64,000 nt of DNA from Minisyncoccota bacterium (GCA_028713005.1 JAQTPC010000003.1:13022-77021); one strand, 5' to 3'; counted from the stretch's first letter, positions 47,649-57,116 are shown. Notes: generated from the letters alone by a model not told the origin. Numbers and translations: made by a program.

Positions 47649-49472
47649 CTACGCCACTACCCCATCCTTTCTACCCGCCTTTGATCTATCAGTCGGAGTC
47701 AAAAACTTCTTGCGGAGGCGCACATTGATAGGAGTAATTTCGAGATATTCATCACCACGCATAAGTTCCAAACCTCGTTCAATACTAAGCTCAAACGGAG
47801 GTACGAGCATGAGGGCCTCATCTTTACCGGATGAACGCATGTTCGACATAGCCTTACCCTTACATGGGTTCACGTCCATATCATCACCCTTTGAAGTATC
47901 GCCCACAACCATGCCTTCGTACACCTCAACAGCAGCGCCGATGAAGAGACGTCCACGATCCTGGAGATTCCAGAGAGAGAAGCCGAGAGACTTGCCTGAG
48001 ACCATAGAAGTCATTGAACCTGTTTCGCGCTTTTCGATCTCACCAGCATATGGTTTGAAATCGAGGAAACGACTTGCGAGGATACCCTCACCTTTTGTAT
48101 CGATAACAAACACGTTGCGATACCCGAGGAGACCACGTGTAGGAATCTCAAAGAGGATACGTGACTGACCTTCCTTTGTCTTCATGTCTGTCATGACGGC
48201 CTTGCGCTTGCCGAGCTTGTCGATGATAGCACCAGTGAACTCTTCAGGAATATCGATTGTGAGTTCTTCAAAAGGCTCTGACTTGATCATCTTGCCAGAC
48301 TCATCAGCGATATCTTTGACGATAACCTGTGGCTGAGAAACTTGCATTTCATATCCCTCGCGACGCATATTTTCGAGAAGCACGGCGATGTGGAGTTCAC
48401 CGCGACCGAACACTTTGAAATATTCATTTGCTGAAAAATCCACTTTGAGACCAACGTTGATCTCAAGCTCTTTTTCGAGACGCTCACGGATCTGACGACC
48501 TGTGACGAACTTACCTTCCCTACCTGCGAATGGTGAGTTGTTAACGAGGAAGTTGAGACTGATAGTAGGCTCATCGATCTTGATAGTTGGGAGAGCTTCT
48601 GTCGCTTCATTATCTACGAGAGTTTCCCCAATATAGATATCAGGCAAACCTGCAACAGTGACAATGTCACCTGCAAAAGCTTCTTTGACTTCAACGCGCT
48701 TTTTTCCTTCAAAAGTGAAAAGCTTTGTAATCTTTCCGGTAAATGTCTTTCCGTTGATATCTTTGACCCAGAGACTCTGTCCATCTTTGATAGAACCATC
48801 ATAAACACGACAAACACCGAGACGACCGAGGAAGTTGTCGTAACCGAGGTTAAATACCTGAGCCTTGAGTGGTAAGTTTGCCTGCTCAGCAGTATTTGCA
48901 GGAGCAACATGTGAAAGGATACAGTCGAGGAGCGGAGTGAGGTCTTTTGACTCATCAGCGAGACTCATCTTTGCAATACCCTGACGGCCGATAGCATAGA
49001 CAGTTGGAAAATCGATCTGAGCATCATGCGCACCGAGTTCGATGAAGAGTTCGAGGACTTGTTCATGGACGAGGTTTGGGTTTGCCGCTGGCTTGTCGAT
49101 CTTATTAATGATGACAATAGGTTTGAGACCGAGCTCGAGCGACTTCTTCAAAACAAAACGAGTCTGTGGCATAGGACCTTCCTGTGCATCAACAACAAGT
49201 AGAACTGTGTCGATAGAACGAAGAACGCGTTCAACCTCAGAACCGAAGTCGGCGTGACCAGGAGTGTCAACGATGTTGATCTTTGTGCCCTTGTAGATGA
49301 CTGAGGTATTCTTTGCGTAAATAGTGATACCGCGCTCTTGTTCGAGGGCGTTTGAGTCCATACTTCCCTCATCACCGTGACCACACTGAGTCATGATGGC
49401 ATCAGTAAGAGTAGTCTTACCGTGGTCCACGTGAGCGATGATAGCTATGTTACGTATTTCTTGCTTGTCCAT
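47649..49472 (-). CDS. typA: Translational GTPase TypA/BipA
   Basis: RNIAIIAHVDHGKTT, ERGITI, DTPGHADF, GRGELH; start MDKQE. Confidence 0.97.
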   Translation of the reverse strand: MDKQEIRNIAIIAHVDHGKTTLTDAIMTQCGHGDEGSMDSNALEQERGITIYAKNTSVIYKGTKINIVDTPGHADFGSEVERVLRSIDTVLLVVDAQEGPMPQTRFVLKKSLELGLKPIVIINKIDKPAANPNLVHEQVLELFIELGAHDAQIDFPTVYAIGRQGIAKMSLADESKDLTPLLDCILSHVAPANTAEQANLPLKAQVFNLGYDNFLGRLGVCRVYDGSIKDGQSLWVKDINGKTFTGKITKLFTFEGKKRVEVKEAFAGDIVTVAGLPDIYIGETLVDNEATEALPTIKIDEPTISLNFLVNNSPFAGREGKFVTGRQIRERLEKELEINVGLKVDFSANEYFKVFGRGELHIAVLLENMRREGYEMQVSQPQVIVKDIADESGKMIKSEPFEELTIDIPEEFTGAIIDKLGKRKAVMTDMKTKEGQSRILFEIPTRGLLGYRNVFVIDTKGEGILASRFLDFKPYAGEIEKRETGSMTSMVSGKSLGFSLWNLQDRGRLFIGAAVEVYEGMVVGDTSKGDDMDVNPCKGKAMSNMRSSGKDEALMLVPPFELSIERGLELMRGDEYLEITPINVRLRKKFLTPTDRSKAGRKDGVVA

Positions 49473-49580
49473 GTAATAAAATGAGGTTAATAAGGTTTTT
49501 GTAGTTGCACCGAAGTTGAGGGATAATTTAAACAAAAAAAATGACCGAAGTCAAGCAGTGTCTTTATGACAACAAGAAAA

Positions 49581-49730
49581 CCGCCAAGGAGACGGGATCT
49601 TGCAGTCGGAGTCACATGGACCCAACGTACCCCTTCTGCATCGAACGTTAGCCGTTCGAGCATTATCGCGGCCTAGACCTTTCGGTTGGCCAGTAACCCT
49701 GGGTATCTAATCCAGGATCCACCTTGGCGG
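49581..49730 (-). ncRNA. Candidate multibranch structured RNA containing GGATTAGATACCC
   Basis: ccgccaagg/ccttggcgg closing stem, GAAA tetraloop, four internal hairpins, U run. Confidence 0.55.
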
Positions 49731-49805
49731 CACATGTCACGAGTGCATACAGTAATCTAGTTACACGAATGCTTTACGTAACTTCAAAATAAACAATACC
49801 ACCCC

Positions 49806-50051
49806 TTAGAAGAAAATAACATACGTCGACCACAGGATAGCGAGCATGAGAATAAATGGTATGAAGATATTCCTCAATGACTGCTTTGGTGATACTGATG
49901 CATGATCTTTGAACATGTAATAGATGAGAAATACTGTGACAACAGCGACGAAAATACCCCAGTTCCGATGTGGATACCATGCATATTTCACATCGATGAT
50001 ACCGAGCGCTGATATAATGAATGGAAGAAGCCTCCCAAATCGAGGAATCAT
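49806..50051 (-). CDS. Small membrane protein
   Basis: 81 aa, 3 hydrophobic segments, TACAAT just upstream. Confidence 0.55.
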   Translation of the reverse strand: MIPRFGRLLPFIISALGIIDVKYAWYPHRNWGIFVAVVTVFLIYYMFKDHASVSPKQSLRNIFIPFILMLAILWSTYVIFF

Positions 50052-50088
50052 ATGCTTCTATTGTAACAAATCTACAGAAAAGGAGATA

Positions 50089-50937
50089 TTAAAATTGATC
50101 GGCAATACCCAATTCCTTACATGCATTCTTGAAGTCTTTTGGTAGAGGTGCCTCAACCTTCATCTTCTCCCCTTTTACGGTTGTAAACTCAATGGAACGA
50201 GCATGGAGTGCAGTACGTTCAAATCCAAGCATCATGGGGCGATTTGGTGCGTAGAGAGTGTCTCCTACGACTGGATGCTGTATCGCTGAAAAGTGCACAC
50301 GGATCTGGTGAGTACGTCCTGTACGAGGTTCTGCTTCCATGAGAGTGAATCGTTGCTTGCTCTCTGTGGCATCCATGTTTCTTCCTGATGATGCCGTGAG
50401 CTTCATAGGAACAACGACGGTGGCGAGCTTTGTCCAATACGTCTCAGCTTCGCGCTCTACTCCGCGACTGCCACGACTCGCTGAATATCGACGAAAATCT
50501 GAACCACTACGTCCAATCGGACGAGTGATAGTACCGAACTCTTCTTTGAGATCACCCCAGACGAATGCAACGTACTTCTTTTTCATTGTTCTATCTTGAA
50601 ACTGTTGTTTGAGATGCGCATGACCTTTTGCTGTCTTTGCAATGAGAAGCACGCCTGACGTTTCGCGGTCGAGACGATGGACAATACCGGGACGAATGAT
50701 CTCAGTTCCATCTGGAGTACGAGAAGGCTCCCCTACGTTCTTTGTTCGGGGAAACTCCTTTACTACCCAGTCAGTAATGAATGGCCCTGGTGCACGGCCG
50801 TCAGGATGTACCATAAGACCAGCAGGCTTGTCGATCGCCACAATGTCAACATCCTCATAGAGGATAGTGATCTTTGGGATCTTCATTGCTTTGCGGGGAG
50901 CGCTCTGTTGCGTCTTTTTTGATGACTTATTGCTCAT
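50089..50937 (-). CDS. RluA/RluD-family pseudouridine synthase
   Basis: DKPAGLMVH, VHRLDRETSG, TGRTHQIRVH, GD.LY, LHA. Confidence 0.93.
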   Translation of the reverse strand: MSNKSSKKTQQSAPRKAMKIPKITILYEDVDIVAIDKPAGLMVHPDGRAPGPFITDWVVKEFPRTKNVGEPSRTPDGTEIIRPGIVHRLDRETSGVLLIAKTAKGHAHLKQQFQDRTMKKKYVAFVWGDLKEEFGTITRPIGRSGSDFRRYSASRGSRGVEREAETYWTKLATVVVPMKLTASSGRNMDATESKQRFTLMEAEPRTGRTHQIRVHFSAIQHPVVGDTLYAPNRPMMLGFERTALHARSIEFTTVKGEKMKVEAPLPKDFKNACKELGIADQF

Positions 50938-50973
50938 ATGATGAATATACGCTATTGTATCGGGTAAGGCAAA

Positions 50974-51045
50974 GTTCTGGTCAAAAATTTCTTTAGGCTT
51001 CGCCAAAAGAAATCTTTTGATCCGAATTCCGTAAAATCGGAATTC
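50974..51045 (+). other. Conserved two-hairpin leader upstream of tRNA-Val
   Basis: Homologous to 46236-46310; abuts a partial copy of the tRNA-Val 5' end. Confidence 0.7.
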
Positions 51046-51086
51046 GGGCGATTAGCTGTCTTGGTAGAAATGCAAAAGTATGTCAT

Positions 51087-51159
51087 GGGCGATTAGCTCA
51101 GTTGGTAGAGCAATCCATTTACACTGGAAAGGTCACAGGTTCGAGTCCTGTATCGCCCA
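51087..51159 (+). tRNA. tRNA-Val(TAC)
   Basis: GGGCGAT/ATCGCCC acceptor, TTTACAC loop, TTCGAGT T loop. Confidence 0.95.
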
Positions 51160-51167
51160 CAGAAACA

Positions 51168-51192
51168 AAAAACCACCGCTTGGTGGTTTTTT
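51168..51192. terminator. Bidirectional terminator
   Basis: aaaaaccacc-gctt-ggtggtttttt. Confidence 0.75.
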
Positions 51193-51211
51193 GTTTTACT
51201 GTAACTCTCTA

Positions 51212-51436
51212 TTACATCTGTGCAGGAGTTGCAGGTGCTGATGTCTCACAATGCTTACAATCTTTCTTGTGTGTAACGACAAGATAGATCGCAGAGAGAC
51301 CTACGATAATATAGATAATCTTTGCGATCATCATACCTACAAGGTCAGCGACTCCCCAATCAAAGATACCGACGAGGAGCCAGTTCAAACCACCGATAAT
51401 AACGAGGATAAACGCAATAGCGTGTGCTACTTTCAT
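51212..51436 (-). CDS. DUF378 family membrane protein
   Basis: LVIIGGLNW.LVG.F, IY..VGLSA.Y. Confidence 0.88.
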   Translation of the reverse strand: MKVAHAIAFILVIIGGLNWLLVGIFDWGVADLVGMMIAKIIYIIVGLSAIYLVVTHKKDCKHCETSAPATPAQM

Positions 51437-51545
51437 ATTAGTGAATTATTAACTGATAATGACAATTTACCTGTATCAATTGTATCACAACACCACCTGA
51501 GCAAAAGTCAGATATACACATGATATCAACATATTATGCACAACT

Positions 51546-51620
51546 TGGTCCTCCTGGTTGGAATCGAACCAACATCAACGGCTTAGAAGTCCGCTGTTCT
51601 ATCCATTGAACTACGGGAGG
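51546..51620 (-). tRNA. tRNA-Arg(TCT), CCA encoded
   Basis: CTTCTAA loop, GTTGG-TTCGATT-CCAAC T arm; one C-A mismatch in acceptor. Confidence 0.9.
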
Positions 51621-51961
51621 GAGGGATCTTTAGGGCCAACATAGCCTTTACCTAACATTACCCTCTCATTGGTACGAGCGTCAAATGTGGTGATGATACT
51701 TTTCAGTTTAACGACATCAAAATTTGCTGCAGCTGCTGATGCAGGAAGTATGCTTCCTTGAGAATTGAGCTCGGCTTGAGTCTCAACATAGACATACCCC
51801 CCAACCCCAATGAGTGCCCCCGCAATCAAACAAGTTGCCAGTATGATCAGTGCCCAATCCGCAAACGCATCATTACCGATAAGTGACGAATACTTTACAT
51901 ATCCTGCCTGCATCTTGGCAGGATTATTTTTCTTTTGTAAAAATGGAAATGGGTTTTTCAT
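51611..51961 (-). CDS. Single-TM protein, last gene of PilM-like cluster
   Basis: 116 aa; operon position. Confidence 0.65.
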   Translation of the reverse strand: MKNPFPFLQKKNNPAKMQAGYVKYSSLIGNDAFADWALIILATCLIAGALIGVGGYVYVETQAELNSQGSILPASAAAANFDVVKLKSIITTFDARTNERVMLGKGYVGPKDPSLP

Positions 51962-51966
51962 AAATA

Positions 51967-52536
51967 TTATTGGGTAACAGCTGACGCTGCAGTTACGAGA
52001 ACTGCGGCTTGTAAATCAAGAGATATTGTCCACATAACCTGTTTTTTTTCATCTGGTGCACTGCTACTGAGACGCACGTGGCTTATTGAAGCGGCATACG
52101 GCATTTGTTCTGAGAGCGCCAATAGACGCATGACTGAACCCCACGTACCAGCTCCATCGATATGTGCACGAGCATGACCTATCGTTCCTGGCTCCGCATT
52201 GGTGAGTGGATCTGAGTCGATACCTGTAAGCGAGACTGTCGTACCTGACTGTGGGCCCAGTGATTCAAGGCTTGTAATAAAAGAAACTACATTATCAGAT
52301 GGAATAAAGAAGTTAGGGAGTTGCGCTCGATCAAATGCGCTATCTGAGGCTATGACTGACAATTTTTTTGCTTGTGTCTGGTCATTTTGTTCAGTGATGA
52401 CAATGTCGCGTGCAAGACCCGCTCGGTTTATAGAAACTGATGTTGCTTGATACATGTATCCATACAGTGCTGCCACCACGAGCGTGACCGCTATAGCAAA
52501 AATAAGTAATGGAATGTGACTGTGGGAATGTTTCAT
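51967..52536 (-). CDS. PilO-like protein
   Basis: TM helix, coiled coil, G.W..V.R.L...EQMPY; position after pilM/pilN-like genes. Confidence 0.6.
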   Translation of the reverse strand: MKHSHSHIPLLIFAIAVTLVVAALYGYMYQATSVSINRAGLARDIVITEQNDQTQAKKLSVIASDSAFDRAQLPNFFIPSDNVVSFITSLESLGPQSGTTVSLTGIDSDPLTNAEPGTIGHARAHIDGAGTWGSVMRLLALSEQMPYAASISHVRLSSSAPDEKKQVMWTISLDLQAAVLVTAASAVTQ

Positions 52537-53075
52537 CAGAGTGTTTCTGTTACTACGATTGAGAAGTTAATATTCGTATCTTTGGTGAGAGCCGATATTG
52601 GCAAATCAACTACAACTTTTTTTGCTACACCATTTAATCGACTCTTAAATGCGAGAAGATCGGCACGAGTTGGAGCAATACCAGACAAAGCAACTTTCAT
52701 TGTTGAAGGTGCAGTATATTCAAATGAAAGCGCTGTAAGCGTCACTGCGCCACGTACATTAACAATCGCTTCAATAGACTGAGAGAAGGGGCTCGGTTGC
52801 ACATATCCTGTGAGCGAAGCAACTAATGTTGCACTTTGTCCGAGCTGCTTTTGTGTTGCTGCAATAGATGTAGCGTCAACGCTCTTTTTGAAAGCGGCAA
52901 CTTGCTCGAGATGGACCTGTTCTGCTAAAACCGAATATATATATGCAGGAAAAAGAGATCCTACGCCAACAATAATTGCGATTGAGAGAAAGAAAAGAAA
53001 AACGATCAAGACTCTCAGACGATACTCTCGCTTTATCCCCTGTTGTTCTATGTATGGTAAGAAAGTATAACTCAT
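52536..53075 (-). CDS. PilN-like protein
   Basis: TM helix then L.G.A.TR..L..F...L; follows pilM. Confidence 0.6.
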   Translation of the reverse strand: MSYTFLPYIEQQGIKREYRLRVLIVFLFFLSIAIIVGVGSLFPAYIYSVLAEQVHLEQVAAFKKSVDATSIAATQKQLGQSATLVASLTGYVQPSPFSQSIEAIVNVRGAVTLTALSFEYTAPSTMKVALSGIAPTRADLLAFKSRLNGVAKKVVVDLPISALTKDTNINFSIVVTETL

Positions 53076-53079
53076 AACA

Positions 53080-54036
53080 TTATAATGCGAGGCCAGCAGC
53101 CGGCGCATACTCGAACGAATCTTCTTTTAAGATTGGTGGGACGTAATGATTCGTATTAAAAATACCACGCCACACATCGACCACTTCAACTGGTAACGGT
53201 TCAGCCAACTTGGTTCTGAGCATACCCGCCACTCGCTCAGCATCATGCCCTACTATAACCACCTTTTTTATTGGAGACCCCACGTGCTCATTTTTTGCGA
53301 ACCAGTACGTGTTGACGCGTGCAACTTCGGCCGCAAGCGTCTCAGTATATGATGCAGGATTAACTTCTTCAGACCCAACAGATATGGTCGAGGTAAATCC
53401 GACAGCATGCTGAGAAACAATATATATACCTGTTTTATGTTTCATTGTATGTACTACCAACACATCCTCTTCTTGGCTTGAAGACACTACACGTGCAATG
53501 GCACGCGGTATAGTCTCAAAAGAGACAGGGGTGATACCTGCCCCGCGGAACAATTCCATCATATGCTCGATATAAGTCCGTGGCACAGCTGAAACGCTCG
53601 CTTTCCATGATCTACTGTTTTCACCAGTCAAAATATCAAATGCGAACACTGCATCCGCAGCCGAAAGTGGAATATTTTCTTCAAGCTTGAACTCAATATT
53701 CTGACTAATAGTACGAAAATCGCCATAAGGTACCTCTGCCTCAAACAAATATGCCTTTTCTTCTGGTATAGAAACTTTTGCGTAGCTGATACCATGCTCT
53801 TTGACAAGTTCAGCCAAGATAGTAATGAGTTGGTTTTCATCTTTAACATCGCCACCTTCTATGACTCCCACAGGAAGCGGAACGTGCGCATATTTTGTAA
53901 TCAATCGCTCACCAACGGGTCTAGAATACTCGACAAAAGAGATAGCGTCGTCAGAGATATCGATACCAACATGTGGCATCAAGAGGAATTTTGGAGGAGG
54001 AAATAGTTTAAAGAAAAGCGATGAGTGCATCAGCAC
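53080..54036 (-). CDS. pilM: Type IV pilus assembly protein PilM-like
   Basis: VGIDISDDAI..VE, LP.G.I.GG, IP.....FD, A.GLAL. Confidence 0.8.
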   Translation of the reverse strand: MLMHSSLFFKLFPPPKFLLMPHVGIDISDDAISFVEYSRPVGERLITKYAHVPLPVGVIEGGDVKDENQLITILAELVKEHGISYAKVSIPEEKAYLFEAEVPYGDFRTISQNIEFKLEENIPLSAADAVFAFDILTGENSRSWKASVSAVPRTYIEHMMELFRGAGITPVSFETIPRAIARVVSSSQEEDVLVVHTMKHKTGIYIVSQHAVGFTSTISVGSEEVNPASYTETLAAEVARVNTYWFAKNEHVGSPIKKVVIVGHDAERVAGMLRTKLAEPLPVEVVDVWRGIFNTNHYVPPILKEDSFEYAPAAGLAL

Positions 54037-54043
54037 TATTGTA

Positions 54044-54637
54044 TCATATTCTTTTTCTGAAAATCTCTCTCAATGTTGGTGTTGCTGATACGACAATGAT
54101 CACAATGACCATCGGTATGATATATCTATCTGGATTGGGGATAAGACTGCCAAATACATACCCTAGAAGAACCATTCCCCATGTCCACAGAAATGCACCG
54201 ATAATATTGAAAGTTAAAAAAACCTTATATGGCATCATGCCTACCCCGGCAACGATTGGAGCAAATGTTCTGATGATCGGTAGAAAACGAGCAAGTATTA
54301 TGGTTTTCTTGCCATGTTTTTCATAAAAATGCTGTGCGCGGGAAATATGTTCTTTATTAAATAAAACAGAATTTTCCTTAGTAAAAATTGCGGGGCCGAT
54401 TTTCTTTCCAAAAGCATACCCGACACTATCCCCTATCACTGCCGCCACGAAAGTACCGATAAGAAGCCATACGAGTGGAAGATGATGCTCCGAAGCCAAA
54501 AGACCTGCGGTGAACAACAATGAGTCACCAGGAAGAAAAAAACCAAAAAAAAGTCCAGTCTCAGCAAAAACAATACCGATGACACCAATAAGCCCTGCTA
54601 CTGCGATAAGTGTTTGGGGATTTAAAAATGAAAGCAT
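54044..54637 (-). CDS. DedA/VTT family membrane protein
   Basis: FAETGL..FFLPGDSLLF, ARFLPIIRTF. Confidence 0.93.
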   Translation of the reverse strand: MLSFLNPQTLIAVAGLIGVIGIVFAETGLFFGFFLPGDSLLFTAGLLASEHHLPLVWLLIGTFVAAVIGDSVGYAFGKKIGPAIFTKENSVLFNKEHISRAQHFYEKHGKKTIILARFLPIIRTFAPIVAGVGMMPYKVFLTFNIIGAFLWTWGMVLLGYVFGSLIPNPDRYIIPMVIVIIVVSATPTLREIFRKRI

Positions 54638-54660
54638 GGAGAGATTATAACACTCCTGCC

Positions 54661-55056
54661 CTATTTATTTTTATGACTGTCTAAATATGACTGAAGTATG
54701 AGAGCGGCGGCTGATGCGTCAGTATTTTGCGTCTTGCCTTGAAATCGTTCTGCTTGCTGACTTGTCATGAATTCAAGTTCAAGATGAACAGTGAGATTAT
54801 GTTTCTCTAATTCTTTTTTCAATTCCAAAACATCTGGCAAGATCTTATTTGCAACGCCTTTATAGTCACGCGACTCACCGACAATAACCTTCTGTACTGC
54901 ATTTGCCGTAGCAATTGAAATAATTGCATCTATAACGGATTGTTTTTTTGAAATGGAATTTTGTAAAACAGAATGAGGTAACGCAAATTGCGCATTGGGA
55001 TCAGAGATCGCTATACCAATGCGTTTAGTTCCGTAATCTATTCCAAGTATTCTCAT
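54661..55056 (-). CDS. ruvX: YqgF/RuvX nuclease
   Basis: LGIDYGTKRIGIAISD, D..AA..ILQSYL. Confidence 0.92.
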   Translation of the reverse strand: MRILGIDYGTKRIGIAISDPNAQFALPHSVLQNSISKKQSVIDAIISIATANAVQKVIVGESRDYKGVANKILPDVLELKKELEKHNLTVHLELEFMTSQQAERFQGKTQNTDASAAALILQSYLDSHKNK

Positions 55057-55060
55057 TGTG

Positions 55061-55147
55061 CGGATGGGGTGAGATTCGAACTCACGGCCCCCTTGCGAGG
55101 GCGACGGTTTTCAAGACCGTTGCCTTAGACCGCTCAGCCACCCATCC
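55061..55147 (-). tRNA. tRNA-Ser(TGA)
   Basis: GGATGGG/CCCATCC-G acceptor, CTTGAAA loop, long variable arm. Confidence 0.95.
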
Positions 55148-55247
55148 TTCGAACTGCGGTCCATGCATAATTGCACAAATTACTACAAAATTCAATCTAT
55201 TACTTTATTCACAACCATTCAACATATAAGAATGCTATAATTTCGAC

Positions 55248-55712
55248 ATGGCTACCGAAGCTCTCATCTCATGGCAAGCGCCCGCACATTTCTATGTTGA
55301 AAAGAAACCTGATTGGTATTGGGCAGTGGGTATCATCACTCTTTCTTTGGCAGCTGTGTGTGTTATTTTTGGTTCTATTATCCCAGGTATTTTCGTCGTT
55401 GTTGCAGCTGTAGCTCTCGTACTCCATGCATCACATCCACCAAAGTTAGTGCGCTATGAAATAAATGACCGCGGCATTGTCGCAGATAATACTCTCTACC
55501 CTTTTCTCACGCTTGAAGCTTTTTGGATTCCTCATGACGAAGTTCCTCATAAGCTTATATTGAAATCACACAAGCTAGTCATGCCTCTTTTGGTCATATA
55601 TATAGAAGAAGTCGATCCAGAAGAAGTTCGTGAGATTCTTTTGAAGTATATTGCTGAGACTGAACAACATGAACCGTTTTTGAAACACCTCTTAGAGGGA
55701 TTCGGCTTCTAA
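55248..55712 (+). CDS. Conserved membrane protein (2 TM plus PH-like domain)
   Basis: W.AP.....K..DWYW; TATAAT 7 nt upstream. Confidence 0.75.
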   Translation: MATEALISWQAPAHFYVEKKPDWYWAVGIITLSLAAVCVIFGSIIPGIFVVVAAVALVLHASHPPKLVRYEINDRGIVADNTLYPFLTLEAFWIPHDEVPHKLILKSHKLVMPLLVIYIEEVDPEEVREILLKYIAETEQHEPFLKHLLEGFGF

Positions 55713-55713
55713 A

Positions 55714-56520
55714 CTATTGGAGAATAAAATCTCCAATTTTTGTTCTCTTAATGCTCAACGCGAGAGCATGTATACCGAGAGATTCACCAAGCTTTTCTGC
55801 AAGCGTTCTCATATAGGCACCTGAAGATGAATGAACTTTTAATTTAATTACCTGAAAATATTCCTGTGTTGTGCCCCCAGCTTTGATCACCTGTTTCCAT
55901 GAATCAACTATTTCTTCTTGCCTAAAATTACCTTTCACCTTCTGGATCCGCTCAATAATAATTTTCATCAATTCCTTTTTTGAAATTTCCTGCTGACCAA
56001 GAAAATCTATCGAATACACTTCAATCTCTTTTTTGGGCATCTCTATATCATCGAGACTGCCCGATTTTGCATGTTCAAATAGAGGTTTGCCGTTCACTGG
56101 TTTTGAAGAATACGCAGGATATTTTTCTGTGCGTTTACCGACAAGGTTATTTAGTTGTTTCTGAATTATTTCTTCTGATATTTTCTGTGTTTTTCTCTGA
56201 TTCTCAAATCTAACATCTAAAATCTGACCTCCTTGTATTATTTTCCCCAAAACATCCGCCGTATCACTCCCTATCCCGAGCAAGATTTCAACCTCATATT
56301 CTTTGTCGAGCCCTAGATACTGATCTTTCATTTTACATTCATCACCAATGAGGATAAGGAGTAGTCCTTCTGCCATTGGGTCGAGACGGCCGGCGTATGT
56401 CATTGGTACTGACGAATCTATCCCCTTTTCATGACGAAGATGCTCGAGAGCTTCGAGGGGGGTTTGACCTATTAATTTATTTACGAAGAAATATTTTGGC
56501 ACAAGGACATTCTGACACAC
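55714..56520 (-). CDS. truB: TruB-family pseudouridine synthase
   Basis: NK..G.TP, AGRLDPMAEGLL, P.YSS...GKPL, SSG.YMRTL. Confidence 0.85.
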   Translation of the reverse strand: MCQNVLVPKYFFVNKLIGQTPLEALEHLRHEKGIDSSVPMTYAGRLDPMAEGLLLILIGDECKMKDQYLGLDKEYEVEILLGIGSDTADVLGKIIQGGQILDVRFENQRKTQKISEEIIQKQLNNLVGKRTEKYPAYSSKPVNGKPLFEHAKSGSLDDIEMPKKEIEVYSIDFLGQQEISKKELMKIIIERIQKVKGNFRQEEIVDSWKQVIKAGGTTQEYFQVIKLKVHSSSGAYMRTLAEKLGESLGIHALALSIKRTKIGDFILQ

Positions 56521-56544
56521 TCTTTTGAATCGGTCACAGGAATC

Positions 56545-56674
56545 TCGCCTTACAGGAATCGAAGCTTACAGCTTCAGTACAGTCTTCGTGTGGTACTCGC
56601 TTCGCTCCGTGCCACATGCTCAGACTTTTCGATTCCTACACGTGAGATGCGCAGGCATCTCACTCGGGGTCACA
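56545..56674 (-). repeat. tRNA-Arg-derived inverted-repeat element
   Basis: Same architecture and core (GTACTGA..TGTA..TCGATT) as the His element. Confidence 0.72.
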
Positions 56675-56697
56675 TAAAATTCGCTACGCTCATTTTC

Positions 56698-56772
56698 TGG
56701 TGCCCCCGGTAGGAATCGAACCTACATTGCAAGATCCGCAATCTTGCGTCCTATCCATTGAACGACGAGGGC
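56698..56772 (-). tRNA. tRNA-Arg(GCG), CCA encoded
   Basis: GCCCTCG/CGGGGGC acceptor, TTGCGGA loop. Confidence 0.93.
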
Positions 56773-56852
56773 AGTTGAAATACGATACCACACCTTCAGT
56801 AAAACACAAAAGAAAAACCGCTCAATGATTTCACTGAGCGGTTTTCTCGAAG

Positions 56853-57116
56853 CTAGGCAATCTTCGCGAGCGCCGCCATCACACGAGACTTGGTACGTGA
56901 TGAAGCGTTCACTTTGATATAACCAGTCTTAACTGCTTTATCGAGAGCCTGATAAATGACAGGAACAAGCTTTGCTGCTGCTACCTTATCCTTTGCGAGG
57001 ACAAGCTTGCGGAATGCTTTGACGTTCTTTTCAATATCTGACTTGCGGCGGAGATTGAAAACACGCTTCTTTTTTGAAGCACGGAGGGCCTTTTTAGCTG
57101 AAGATGTAATTGCCAT
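56853..57116 (-). CDS. rpsT: 30S ribosomal protein S20
   Basis: SAKKA.R....R..N, LDKA.K.G.I..N.SSR.KSR. Confidence 0.95.
   Translation of the reverse strand: MAITSSAKKALRASKKKRVFNLRRKSDIEKNVKAFRKLVLAKDKVAAAKLVPVIYQALDKAVKTGYIKVNASSRTKSRVMAALAKIA

Noticed and set aside
49701-49713. 16S rRNA gene fragment (GGATTAGATACCC primer site)
   Set aside because: Flanks do not align to 16S; kept only as a possible mimic loop
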